Notes: a model not told the origin generated them from the sequence alone. Numbered from the whole stretch's first letter, positions 1 through 11,676 are shown. The stretch is 63,479 nucleotides of DNA, filler included, from Octopus bimaculoides (GCF_001194135.2; 7 parts of 7 records of this genome joined end to end with filler, not necessarily neighbours in it), one strand, 5' to 3'. Program-made: numbers and translations.

Positions 1-2830
1 ATATATATATATATAAATTAGGTTACTGTAATACCACTAGCTGAAATAGGAGTTAACACTCCAAATCCACAGAAATAGAAAAAAGATGTAAGAAAGAAAG
101 TGTGCGTGTTTTTATGTATCTGTGAGTCCTTGTGGCTGTGTGCGCATGTTGTGGGACCTGTGAGTAAAAAGGAACGTGTGTATTTATGCATGTGTGTGTT
201 TGACCAGAGAATAAAGAATTTATTTACCAACGTATATTTCAGACACGCTTATGCAAAAAAATATAAATACTTAGATGCACCCACATAGACACATCGATGC
301 ATACGTGGATGCGCCCACCAATGTATGCTTACTAATCTACATGTCAAAAAACAATTTTGGAGGGTTGGGTAGAGGCGGTCTAAAATGTCTGACATTGTAT
401 TCGCCGACTAATTTAATGCCAAGATGCATATGGATGTTGTTATGAGCCGTCTATAAGGGAGCAAATCAATATCTGCTGACTTTATGGTTAGACTGTAAGA
501 AGGGGTAACACTGTAAGAAGGTGTCACAAATGGATATTAGAATCGTTGCTCTCTGTCAATGTTCTAACTTTTATATGCAATGTCATTATTTAAGTGGCAG
601 TAACATAGTCTACACAGATATCTCTAAGAAGTTCAGTTGCTGCTATCATTACTAACAGAGTTACGTTATCAAGATAAATGTTCCTGATCAAGATCTTGTC
701 TGTAATAATTTTTCGTCCTGGTAATAAAGGCTAAATTAGAGTGATGGGAGAGGAGATAAACTTTAATGAAATCCACGACATTTTGTTCAAGACTTAATCT
801 GTATTCGAGTAATAGAGGTAAAAACATAAAAATGCAATTTGGTGAAGATAAGCACCATTGTTTGCTAAGTCAAACGGCTAAAAAATGGATATTAAAAGCC
901 TATCACCCATATCTCAAGTGACAAATACTTCGAAGCTACAGTGACTGAAGAAATCTTCAACTCAATTCGGAAGGAATTGAACTCACCGTGGTCTGCATTG
1001 ACTAAATCTATATCCAACAATTGTTTCGCAATGACAGAGTCAATACTACTATCTAGGATACTCGAAACCTGTTAATGTAAGAGGTACATGTAACTGAAAC
1101 GCCCCTTTTAGTTCCAAATTCAGACCACTCTTAGCAAATTATTAATTTCTTTTATCCGGGGAAAACACATGATAAGAATGCAACTATCTATATTTGTCTT
1201 GAGCTCAGCGGTTTCGGAAAACTGTGCAAAGGAGCTTTCTCTTGCGGGGAAATCAAGGCATGCAGTGTTCTTGATGATTGTTCTATCAAACTGCAAATTT
1301 TGACATGAGTCTAGATGTTTTTCTGAAAAAAATGTAACGTTTTGTACGCCTCCAAATGACATAATTAAAAACCATAATCTACCTTCTTTAACAGATCATG
1401 TTAAAAACAAGTATCTTCTTGATTTGACGAGGCACAAAGGTATTGAAACTATGTTGTTATATCATAATTAGAGACATCTTGGTTAGCGACAAAACATATA
1501 GAGTGAATGACTGCAAAACAATCTTATAGAAAAAAACTGTAAATAACACATGGGCTTGGAACGAACAATTAAAGCAAATAGGCGAAGCCTTAATATTGAC
1601 ATTTCTTCGTGGATAACCGATGAATATAACCATTCACACTAAATGAGATGTCACATTAAATGCGGTTCTTTGAAAGTAACGGTAAAGAGAAGTCTGACAG
1701 ATGTTAACAAAAGTATGTTCACAATAAGATCTCTGAGACCTAACAGCGCCCCAAATCTCTTTTTCTCGTTATCAGTCCTTTCAGTCGTAAAACAGAAATT
1801 TAATGGGATCGAATTCTTAACACTGAGAGATGCCAATCATGACTTCTATATTTTGCAATTTTATTTGCGTTTGATTGTTGAACACACAGTAGTAAAATAA
1901 ATAAAAGTAACATCTAACATCACCCAAGCGTCAATTGATCTATAATTCTTCTGAGAAGATGCCTACATAATTAGTACTGAAGTTGGTATTTCATTATAAA
2001 GGTCTCAACTGACTTTAAATTTAATTTNNNNNNNNNNNNNNNNNNNNNNNNNNNNNNNNNNNNNNNNNNNNNNNNNNNNNNNNNNNNNNNNNNNNNNNNN
2101 NNNNNNNNNNNNNNNNNNNNNNNNNNNNNNNNNNNNNNNNNNNNNNNNNNNNNNNNNNNNNNNNNNNNNNNNNNNNNNNNNNNNNNNNNNNNNNNNNNNN
2201 NNNNNNNNNNNNNNNNNNNNNNNNNNNNNNNNNNNNNNNNNNNNNNNNNNNNNNNNNNNNNNNNNNNNNNNNNNNNNNNNNNNNNNNNNNNNNNNNNNNN
2301 NNNNNNNNNNNNNNNNNNNNNNNNNNNNNNNNNNNNNNNNNNNNNNNNNNNNNNNNNNNNNNNNNNNNNNNNNNNNNNNNNNNNNNNNNNNNNNNNNNNN
2401 NNNNNNNNNNNNNNNTACTGAAGTTGGTATTTCATTATAAAGGTCTCAACTGACTTTAAATTTAATTTAAATGATATTGTACAAATATTTTATGAATAAA
2501 AACTAAATTTTTATTGAAAATCAAATCCGTTGTTTCCTGTTGCTTTGATCAATATTCCGATAATTTTGTCCTATTGTTATATATTTCATTATTTTAAAAA
2601 TCTTTTGGGTAATGATTTGGCTTTCATTGTTCCCATTCGACAAAATAATATTGTTTCCGTCGATATATTTCTAAATAACTGTCACAGTGGAAGGATGACG
2701 TGTTTTCATATCGATTAACAATATGATTGCAAAATCTATCATGAGACGATCAGTAGTATGAAGCGTCATAGTCATTTTAATTCCTTCAGTCTTAAAATCA
2801 AGCCAATTCCAGAATAACATTATCTATATT

Positions 2831-2917
2831 TTATCGGTTTTGTCTGGAGAAATGGGCTCTAAAGATTGCATACACCAACACGCCGAGACCAGCAACATCG
2901 ATGCTGGTGTTGAATAA
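2831..2917 (-). CDS. Putative terminal coding exon of an unidentified membrane-protein gene (LFNTSIDVAGLGVLVYAIFRAHFSRQNR*)
   Basis: Minus strand: pyrimidine-rich tract then ttgcag acceptor, 87 nt open to TAA, hydrophobic stretch VAGLGVLVYAIF; AATAAA on the minus strand at 2510-2515; in phase with the 36-nt exon upstream. Confidence 0.55.
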   Translation of the reverse strand, partial: LFNTSIDVAGLGVLVYAIFRAHFSRQNR

Positions 2918-3210
2918 CTGCAAGTTTACGTTAAAAGAAATAAAAATAAGTAGAAAGAGAGTTAAAGCTGGGGGTTTGGAATAATTACAAATACTAGTTA
3001 TCATGGAGTCTGTTACGTGAGTGATGCGAGCACAACAGGGGTTGTGCACACAAGCATAGAGCTACTATGTGGCTACTTTTAAAGTACAGGCTATTATATT
3101 TCGAACACAAATGAATGAGCAACAGCAGTGAGACATATCTTTCGATTCTTCAACCATAATAATATGAAGGACGCTAATATTTGAAATAAAACCTAATGTA
3201 ATTCGCTTAC

Positions 3211-3246
3211 ATCATAGTCAATTGCCTTATCCCCACCAAACTCTCC
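3211..3246 (-). CDS. Putative 36-nt micro-exon (GEFGGDKAIDYD), phase 0-0
   Basis: Strong donor GAT|GTAAGC; acceptor acatttcaag (less common AAG); joins in frame to 2831-2917. Confidence 0.5.
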
Positions 3247-3419
3247 CTTGAAATGTAACAGTTAAATGCATATATTCAACTTTATCTAATTCACACTGTG
3301 ATATTGCATTCTCCACATTGAAGGTTAGTTGTCTTTAACTTGCTCTTCACTGAGGGAGGCTTCGTGACATGTTGCTAGTGAATAAACAAATGAATGTCGA
3401 AAATACCTGGTAGTGAAAA

Positions 3420-3835
3420 AGGCGCATGCATAGATGGATGGTAAGAAGTTTGCCCCTAATTGTATGGTTCCGGTTTCATTCCCACTGCGTGGCACTTTGG
3501 GAAAGTGTCTTCTACTGTAACCACGGTCCGACGAAAACATTGTTAGTAGATCTGGTAGTGGGAATCTAAAACAAGCCTGTCATATATTCATATGTCTATG
3601 AGTGTGTGTGTGTTTTCATATCTGACTTTGTCCCCTACCACCACCACTTTACAACCGGTGTTGGTGTGTTTACGTCCCCGTAACTTAGCAGTCCGGCAAA
3701 GCAACCGATAGAATAAGTACCACGGTTAAAAACATATAAATACTAGGGTCGATTCATTCGACTACATATTCATCAAGGCGATACCGCAACATGGACACAA
3801 TCAAATTATTAAAATAAGTTAAAGATAAAAGATAT
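3420..3835 (+). mobile_element. tRNA-derived SINE, family A, diverged copy
   Basis: Colinear with the well-preserved copy at 5187-5597: head, cccactgcgtggcac core, internal microsatellite, gatagaataagtac block, aagataaaaga tail. Confidence 0.85.
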
Positions 3836-4111
3836 AAGGTAAATAATAGCTGCGGGGAATTTAAGCATCCTCATGAAATTATGCCTGGATCAAAACATGC
3901 ACCGGATCATCAGTTTATGTAAATGTTTTTGTGTATGTGAGTATGATATGGGGATTTTCACCGCAGTTTACATTCATATATTGTAAGCTCTTGTCTTTAT
4001 CTGGATTGTGATAGTCTGATAATTTCCATTTATGGTTTAAATGAGAGCCTAAATTATAAGCAGAACCAAACAAGGTTTCTTAATGTTAAGGGAACCAAAT
4101 GAGGGTCGATG

Positions 4112-4113
<2 letters not shown>

Positions 4114-4183
<70 letters not shown>

Positions 4184-4290
4184 TGAAAGAGAAAGAGAGA
4201 GAGGGACAGAGAGAGAAAGACAGACAAATAGAGGGTGAGAGATAGAAAAAGACAGAGACAGAGACAGAGAGACCGACAAACAAACAGACA
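4114..4290. repeat. Compound (AC)n(AT)n(GA)n microsatellite
   Basis: Directly visible. Confidence 0.95.
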
Positions 4291-4545
4291 AAGTGACAGA
4301 AATAATTTGATAATTTAATACAATGAAAGTCTGATTCTAATCATAACCATTCTTTACTAATCTTGTATTTTCTATTGTAGTCGCATATCTCATGTACTGA
4401 ATGAAAATTCCTTTTACTTTATTACGCCTAATTGAAGTCCATTAGATTTCATTTATATTATTTCACTATTTTAAAGGTCCATTTAGATTATTATAGTCTG
4501 CTGAAAGCTAATTAAAGGGTAGAAAGAATGTAGCGTTTCTTATAT

Positions 4546-4627
4546 TTAACACTTTTTTAACACTTTTTTTAACACTTTTTTAACACTTTTTTTAACACTT
4601 TTTTAACACTTTTTTTAACACTTTTTT
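4546..4627. repeat. Minisatellite TAACAC(T)n, 12-13 bp unit, about 6-7 copies
   Basis: Directly visible. Confidence 0.95.
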
Positions 4628-4870
4628 CTCGACTCATAAGGCCGGTTACCCGGTTTCATGGCATATCAATGATTGAAACCAAGAAACTTCCCTAAACAGG
4701 ACGCCACTCTGTGGCAGGATTACAGGCCACCATCAATTTTGGAAGGGAGGTGACAATTCGATTATATAGTTCCGCTCCATTTTGACTGGTACTTAAAGAC
4801 CCCGAAGAGATAAAAGGCAAAATTGACTTCAGCGGGATTTGAGCTCATAACGTAAATAGCTGGAAGAGGG
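4628..4870 (-). mobile_element. SINE family B, decayed
   Basis: gactggtactta...gaccccgaagagataaaaggcaaaattgacttcagcgggatttgagctc matches the copy at 6831-7032. Confidence 0.7.
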
Positions 4871-5083
4871 CCATATGTAATCATTAACATATTAAATTAA
4901 CAATTTGTAAATTACCTGTCAACCAATAGTTAAATGTTGGTATGTAACATACAATATGCGAAATGATGACAATGTTAGGTGCTCCAGTATGTCCTCAGTC
5001 TGATGTCTGAAACAAGTAAAAGATAAAAGATAATGCCCTTCAAAAACTATAAATATCCAAATTACTTATCTTCGTCAATATAC

Positions 5084-5108
5084 CACGATATATTGCCATT
5101 TCTTTAGA
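5084..5108 (-). CDS. Putative 25-nt micro-exon (LKKWQYIV), phase 2-0
   Basis: Acceptor ccctgttttttacag, donor GTG|GTATAT; phases fit both neighbouring candidates. Confidence 0.4.
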
Positions 5109-5186
5109 CTGTAAAAAACAGGGATTGATAATCAGCGCGTGATTCATTATCTGGAAGCGTGGAAATAAATAACAAGAGATAAAAAA

Positions 5187-5597
5187 GGAGTGGCTGTGTG
5201 GAAAGTAGCTTGCTTACCAACCACATGGTTCCGGGTTCAGTCCCACTGCGTGGCACCTTGGGCAAGTGTCTTCTACTATAGCCTCGGGCCGACCAAAGCC
5301 TTGTGAGTGGATTTGGTAGACGGAAACTGAAAGAAGCCCGTCGTATATATGTATATATATATATATATATATGTGTGTGTTTGTGTGTCTGTGTTTGTCC
5401 TCCTAGCATTGCTTGACAATCGATGCTGGTGTGTTTATGTCCCCGTCACTTAGCGGTTCGGCAAAAAGAGACCGATAGAATAAGTACTAGGCTTACAAAG
5501 AATAAGTCCCGGGGTCGATTTGCTCGACTAAAGGCGGTGCTCCAGCATGGCCGCAGTCAAATGACTGAAACAAGTAAAAGAGTAAAAGAGTAAAAGA
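5187..5597 (+). mobile_element. tRNA-derived SINE, family A, well-preserved full-length copy
   Basis: A-box-like TGGCTGTGTGG, B-box-like GGTTCAGTCCC, CORE-like CCTTGGGCAAGTG, internal (AT)n(GT)n, (GAGTAAAA)n tail; many homologues in this window. Confidence 0.92.
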
Positions 5598-5853
5598 ATT
5601 TCATCGACAAAGGAATGTGACGGCTCAAACTGTCAGTGATATTGTCACGCCTGGTTCGTTCCAACCAATTCATTTGAGACAAATAGAAATAATAGTAATA
5701 CTGTAATAGAAATAAATCAAATGAACTATAAATGAAATGATCGAACTTGTGTAGTAGTCGTATCATTTCCACGTATGATACTGGTGATTCATTGAATATC
5801 AGGACAGATTCTAAAGCGCAGATTAATCATTGTTCAAAATGAGATTAACTCAC

Positions 5854-5877
5854 TTTTGTGACAACCTGTACTTAACA
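5854..5877 (-). CDS. Putative 24-nt micro-exon (VKYRLSQ), phase 2-2
   Basis: Acceptor ctttgtag, strong donor AAA|GTGAGT; open in phase 2 and joins to 5084-5108. Confidence 0.4.
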
Positions 5878-5985
5878 CTACAAAGCTTATATAAAGCTTT
5901 ATTTTTTTTTTTTGACAATCTTTTTCTAAAAAAGTGAAACCGGTAAAGTGAATAAACAACTTTAAAATTGCATTTTCAAACCTTC

Positions 5986-6022
<37 letters not shown>

Positions 6023-6135
6023 TAGATATGCAGGGCAGGGAATCATCGATTAGTAATAAAATTAATAATTAACAATTCTGCCGGGTAGCTCAGTATGAAA
6101 AAAACCTTCTTCGGTAAATAATTTATAATCATAAA

Positions 6136-6235
6136 NNNNNNNNNNNNNNNNNNNNNNNNNNNNNNNNNNNNNNNNNNNNTTAATTAATTAANNNNNNNNN
6201 NNNNNNNNNNNNNNNNNNNNNNNNNNNNNNNNNNN
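6136..6235. other. Artificial 100-bp scaffold spacer (44 N + TTAATTAATTAA + 44 N); also at 15346, 26019, 31583, 50492 and 60711
   Basis: Identical geometry six times; the 12-mer contains stop codons in all six frames. Confidence 0.95.
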
Positions 6236-6299
<64 letters not shown>

Positions 6300-6830
6300 A
6301 GTGTATCTAATATAATAAATGCGGAAACTAATCTCTGTATGTCAGTGTGTTACACTCTGACTCCCCTCTCTCACTATTCAACAACATTTCTACTATTCCT
6401 CATACTGGGGTGAGAGTAATAATAGGTATAGAGATGGTGAGTGTGATGGGGAAGACAAACAGAGAGAGATATAGAGAGAAAGAAAGAGAGGAAGAGAAAT
6501 AGAGACAAAGAAATTTAGGGAGAGTTGATGATGTTTTATTAAAAGTAGTAGTGTTGATGGTGGCAGTGGGAGTAATAATAAGAGAGAAAGAGTGGATATG
6601 TGAAAGAAAGAGTGGATATGTGAAAGAAAGAGGGAGATGATGTTGATGTACAACTTTGTTTAACCAGGTCTCTCTGACAGAAATTCCTGTGACCAACATA
6701 CTGAACTCTATCATTTTTGTTTTAATTTTTGCTTTTTTTAATATATATACATGCACACACATATATAAAATACATTTCAGTTGAAATAAAGTTTCCCAAA
6801 AATTAAACATATCCAATATAATAAATAGAA

Positions 6831-7032
6831 GCACAAGGCCTCAAATTTTGGGGGAACGGATTAAGACAATTACATCGACCTCAGTACGTAACTGGTACTA
6901 ATTTTATCGACCCTGAAAGGATGAAAGGCAAGGTCAACCTTGGCGGAATTCGAACTCGAAATTTAGTGGCGGACGAAATACCACTAACCATTTTGCCTGG
7001 CATGCTAATGATTCTGTCAGCTAGCCACCTTA
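6831..7032 (-). mobile_element. SINE family B
   Basis: Reverse strand begins aaggtggctagctgacagaatcattagca with B-box-like gagttcgaattccgcc; homologous segments at 4.7, 30.8-31.3, 49.5, 54.1 and 55.0 kb. Confidence 0.8.
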
Positions 7033-7157
7033 ATATGATATAATAATATAATATAATATAGTAAATGTGAATGTTAGTGTGTCAGTGTGTCACACTTTTT
7101 CAACTTTACTCCTAGAGGCTGTAACCCAACATATCATACCATTTTCGAATCAGGGTG

Positions 7158-7410
7158 ACTCTGTGAGTAAATCAAAAACATTCTGGACTGAATCTGGACC
7201 CACAATCCTGAAATTTTTGATTCCCAAGTTTTCATTACTAAGACTGTTTCATCAATTTCTTTACATGACTTTTTATGACAAATTTTCTTGTACGATAACA
7301 ACTTTTATAATCTAAAGACCAACTCTGAGTAAATTAAAAGTATTCCCGGCCGAATCTGGACCTGCAATCCTGAAATTTTGGATTCCCAAGTTTACATTAC
7401 TGCGATTGAT
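7158..7410 (+). repeat. Imperfect direct repeat, about 90-bp cores about 165 bp apart
   Basis: gagtaaat.aaaa..att...gaatctggacc..caatcctgaaattt..gattcccaagttt.cattact occurs twice. Confidence 0.85.
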
Positions 7411-7427
7411 TACTGCGATTATTTTAT

Positions 7428-7527
7428 ATGATTGTTTTTGTGATGAAAATGATCATCATTGGGATATTATTCTGCAGGAAGCGATTGCAACAAATTCTCC
7501 AAATCAAGTCAGAGATCTATTTCCAGA
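7428..7527 (+). mobile_element. Helitron Rep/helicase coding fragment
   Basis: Translates to DENDHHWDIILQEAIATNSPNQVRDLF, resembling the Helitron RepHel segment LE.D.HW..TL.EA....SP.Q.R.LF. Confidence 0.6.
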
Positions 7528-7529
7528 TC

Positions 7530-7785
7530 TTCCCATTCAGGGTCATAAATACACCAGCACTGGTCGGGGGACAAACACAGACACACAAGGACATGCACAC
7601 ACACACACACACGCACACACATGACGGGCTTCATTCAGATTCCGTATACCAAATCGACTCACAACGATTTGGTTGGCCCGAGACTATAGTAGAAATTACT
7701 TGCCCAACGTGCCACACAGTGGGACTGAACCCAGAACAATGAGGTTGGGAAGCAAGCTTCTTACCACACAGCCAGTCCTGTGCCT
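7530..7785 (-). mobile_element. SINE family A, partial
   Basis: Reverse complement of the 5187-5597 head and core. Confidence 0.85.
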
Positions 7786-8069
7786 ATATATATATGCATA
7801 TATATATACATACATATCAAATGGTTGTCTTATAAAACTATTCCACATACAATAACAGCCATACCAACAATCCAACATACTTCCCTCATCAGCTGCCCCT
7901 CCGGATATCACTATGGTTTCGACATATCAATCATTGTCATATACATTTATTTTATTTGCTTCCATTTGTTTATTCCTGTGGTAATCTAGTGGCATTTTAT
8001 GCGAACCTTCCATAGTTTTGTAATGTGTCCTTGTAAATTCTGCATGCATCATCTGTGGCAGTGGATGAA

Positions 8070-8600
8070 AACATTTTCATCATCAACTTAATCACCATTA
8101 TCATGATTGTAGTCAGTGTCATAACTGTCATCATCATCATCATCATCGTCGTCGTCATTGTCATCGTCGTTGTTGCTATTGTTATCGTCATCATCATCAT
8201 TATCGTCGTTGTCGTCATCGTCATCATCATCATGATCATCATTGTCGGCATTGCCGTTGTCATCACCATCAGCGTCATCATCATCGTCATTGTCATCATC
8301 ATCACCATCACCATCATCATCATCGTCAGCATCGGCGTCATCACCGTCAGCATCGGCGTCATCACCGTCACCATCATCATTGTCTTCACCACCATCATCA
8401 TCATCATTATCATCTTCATCATCGTCATCGTCATCATCATCATCATCATCATCATTATCATCATCATCATTGCTGTCGTCAACTTCATTACTATCACCAT
8501 CATCGTTCTCACCACCACCACCACCACCACTATCATCACCATCATCATTATCACCCTCATCGTCGTTGTCGTCATAACTATCATCATCATGCACATTCAC
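8070..8600. repeat. Long compound (ATC/GTC/ACC)n trinucleotide tract
   Basis: Directly visible; source of the poly-D, poly-I, poly-M and poly-S ORFs. Confidence 0.95.
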
Positions 8601-8807
8601 ATCTGCAGAGTGTTACAAGTTCGTCTGCTCCTGCGCAGTAATTGATAAAATTTAAAAACCTAATCCATTTTTATGATCAACATTGTGTATGAAAATATAA
8701 ACAAATTACAAATCTAACTACCACAATAACACTTGACTATTTATTCATATCAATATTAAGGTGAAAGACTTAATCTTTCACTTAATTAAATTACATGAAC
8801 TTCACCT

Positions 8808-8824
8808 TACTATCATTATTATTA

Positions 8825-8889
<65 letters not shown>

Positions 8890-8925
8890 ATCATCATCAT
8901 CATCATTATTATTATTACTATTATT
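8808..8925. repeat. (ATT)n/(ATC)n microsatellite
   Basis: Directly visible. Confidence 0.95.
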
Positions 8926-9288
8926 TCAATTTTTTTTTCATCCCTGTTAATTTTGGTCTGAAATGCTTTTAATATTCTGTCAAAGTATCAAATCCAATTT
9001 TACTTTTATAATTTACCAAACCGTTTTTTTTTTTCCGCAGATATTCCTGCTTTTTTTTAAAATTTACTCTTCTTGACATCATATACTGCACACTTGCTAG
9101 GATAGGTTTTTATCTATTTTCTTTTCTGTCTTTCTTCTGATTTTTCATTCCTACCCACAATTTTTTTCGTTTATTTTTTATATTTCTTAACTAGAATAAA
9201 CTGTTTTTTTCTTCATATTTGCCTTCAAATGGCAAGCTTTGTAGAACAAAATTAATAAGTCTTATAAAAGAGTTAGATATGATTTATA

Positions 9289-9342
<54 letters not shown>

Positions 9343-9839
9343 TATATATNNNNNNNNNNNNNNNNNNNNNNNNNNNNNNNNNNNNNNNNNNNNNNNNNNN
9401 NNNNNNNNNNNNNNNNNNNNNNNNNNNNNNNNNNNNNNNNNNNNNNNNNNNNNNNNNNNNNNNNNNNNNNNNNNNNNNNNNNNNNNNNNNNNNNNNNNNN
9501 NNNNNNNNNNNNNNNNNNNNNNNNNNNNNNNNNNNNNNNNNNNNNNNNNNNNNNNNNNNNNNNNNNNNNNNNNNNNNNNNNNNNNNNNNNNNNNNNNNNN
9601 NNNNNNNNNNAGAGAGAGAGAGAGAGAGAGAGAGAGATACACATACATACATACATACATATACATACATACATATATGTATATCATCATCATCATCATC
9701 CAGTGTTTTAAATCCAGGTTTTGTCCCCGTTAATGGGGGGGGGCGGATCTATCTCAATGCCATAGCAACTGCCCTCACAACATCTTGCCATCTTGCCTGT
9801 TTTGGGCATCCTCCCTTCTCAAGCCAACCCTCCAAATCT

Positions 9840-10075
9840 TCAGATGTTAGGAGTGATGTGGTTGCAGAAATTGTCTGATAGCCATGACTGAGTTCTGCTT
9901 GTATGACAAGGTGCAGAGTCCTGTTATGTGAGATAGGGTCTTCCGGCAGCCACCCTCTTAATCCAGGGCAGCACCACCTCCTCCAGGTACTTGATGCAAG
10001 CCTCCGTCTTGGGTGTGAGGCCATGAAGGAAGATGAATGGAAGCATAACGTCACTGTCACTAGTTTATTCACTGC
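9840..10075 (-). mobile_element. Tc1/mariner (maT/Bmmar-like) transposase relic
   Basis: Translates to SDVMLPFIFLHGLTPKTEACIKYLEEVVLPWIKRVAAGRPYLT*QDSAPCHTSRTQSWLSDNF (second catalytic D region). Confidence 0.8.
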
Positions 10076-10314
10076 ACCTTGTATATGTATATGTATGTAT
10101 GTGTATAATCGATCCAAACATGAACAAGCAAGAAAAAACAACGTGAGGATGTGGAATAAGTACAGTGTTATTGGACGCTCGGGAAAGGAAAGAAAAGAAA
10201 GATTTCACGTTTCAAGTGGAGCTCTTCCTTAGAAATATGGAAAAAGTCAAAAGAAGGGAAGATGGAGAAAGAAAACCACCAATGATACACACGCGGTCAT
10301 ATATATATAATATA

Positions 10315-10681
10315 TCGAAATTGAACTAAATTCGACGACTGGCACCCATGCCAACGTCTCCTTCGTTGGACACTAAACTCGGCTTGCGAAGACCTGTTGG
10401 GGCAAGTGAAAGCGAAATCGTGATGGCACCTGTACTAGTGGAGTGCTAAGAGCACCGTCCGAGCGTGATCATCGCTAGAGCAGCTGTCGGGCTTCCATGT
10501 CAGTGGCACGTAGATATCACCATTTGAGCGTGATGGTTACCAGCGTCGCCTTCCTAGCACTTGTGCCAGTGAAACATAAAAAGACATTCGAGCGAGGTCA
10601 TTGCCAGTGCCGCTGGACTGGCTCCTGTGCAGGTGGCACGTAAAAGCACCCACTACACTCTCGGAGTGGTTGTGTTAGGAA
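10315..10681 (+). mobile_element. 3' UTR segment of the RTE/RTEX-like LINE family (or a derived non-autonomous element), cut by a gap
   Basis: Colinear with 18990-19380. Confidence 0.8.
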
Positions 10682-11279
10682 NNNNNNNNNNNNNNNNNNN
10701 NNNNNNNNNNNNNNNNNNNNNNNNNNNNNNNNNNNNNNNNNNNNNNNNNNNNNNNNNNNNNNNNNNNNNNNNNNNNNNNNNNNNNNNNNNNNNNNNNNNN
10801 NNNNNNNNNNNNNNNNNNNNNNNNNNNNNNNNNNNNNNNNNNNNNNNNNNNNNNNNNNNNNNNNNNNNNNNNNNNNNNNNNNNNNNNNNNNNNNNNNNNN
10901 NNNNNNNNNNNNNNNNNNNNNNNNNNNNNNNNNNNNNNNNNNNNNNNNNNNNNNNNNNNNNNNNNNNNNNNNNNNNNNNNNNNNNNNNNNNNNNNNNNNN
11001 NNNNNNNNNNNNNNNNNNNNNNNNNNNNNNNNNNNNNNNNNNNNNNNNNNTAGATGGAATTTGATAAAACAGATTTCCTTCAGCCAAATACCCTACATGT
11101 CACCAACTCTCACCTGTTCCCAAACAAAGTAATATTTCCCTATGGGCAGACACAATTCTTCACAGAAGACTGGAAGGAGAAAAGCAATGGTGGTATTATA
11201 GAGAGGTTTATTTATAACAGTTACATGATGTCAAGACAATGATCCATGCAAGCACACACACACTTAGATGTATACGTAA

Positions 11280-11440
11280 GGATCTTCTTTCAGTTCTTAT
11301 TTACCGAATCCACTCACAAACATTTGGTCAGACCGAGGCTCTAGCAGAATATACTCATCCAAGTTGCTGCTGCTTGGAAGAAACCCTGAGAGCATGTGAT
11401 TAGGAACCAAACTTCTTTACCATACGACCATACCTATACA
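11280..11440 (-). mobile_element. SINE family A, old copy
   Basis: ttctttcagtt...ccactcacaa...ggtcagaccgaggct core in reverse orientation. Confidence 0.65.
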
Positions 11441-11676
11441 CACACACATATCTCCAGACTGGGAAAGGATTGATTAATTTGCACTGTAATGGCAACTCTG
11501 CACCCATCTATCACATCAGCTTCTCACCTGACTATGTGGCTCTCACATAACTAACTCATCTACATCTTATGTTTATGATGATATCCGCTTTAGTACTGGG
11601 CTATGAGTGTACCAGTGCAAATACAAATGTATCAAAATGGGGTCTCAATCTTCTCCAAGGATTTTGTAGAATAGGA

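Noticed and set aside
1651-1836. Faint resemblance of DNEKKRFGALLGLRDLIVNI to very-large-GTPase (GVIN) motifs
   Set aside because: No P-loop or other supporting motif nearby; resemblance too weak to call.
1975-2468. 53-bp exact direct repeat flanking a gap (1975-2027 and 2416-2468)
   Set aside because: Perfect identity on both gap edges is typical of an uncollapsed contig overlap.
2831-3246. Naming the minus-strand gene (TMEM147, STARD3NL or MgtE/SLC41-like similarities considered)
   Set aside because: Only a few-residue resemblances; no gene symbol can be supported without a search.
6180-6191. Recurrent TTAATTAATTAA palindrome inside N runs (six places)
   Set aside because: Always centred in exactly 44 N + 12 + 44 N; an assembly spacer with six-frame stops, not biology. 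It does mean order and orientation across these joins are uncertain.
7997-8645. 170-199 aa ORFs (poly-D, poly-M, poly-I, poly-S), and similar poly-N, poly-H and YI/CV ORFs elsewhere
   Set aside because: Stop-free frames are a trivial consequence of tri- and dinucleotide microsatellites; no splice or start context supports them.
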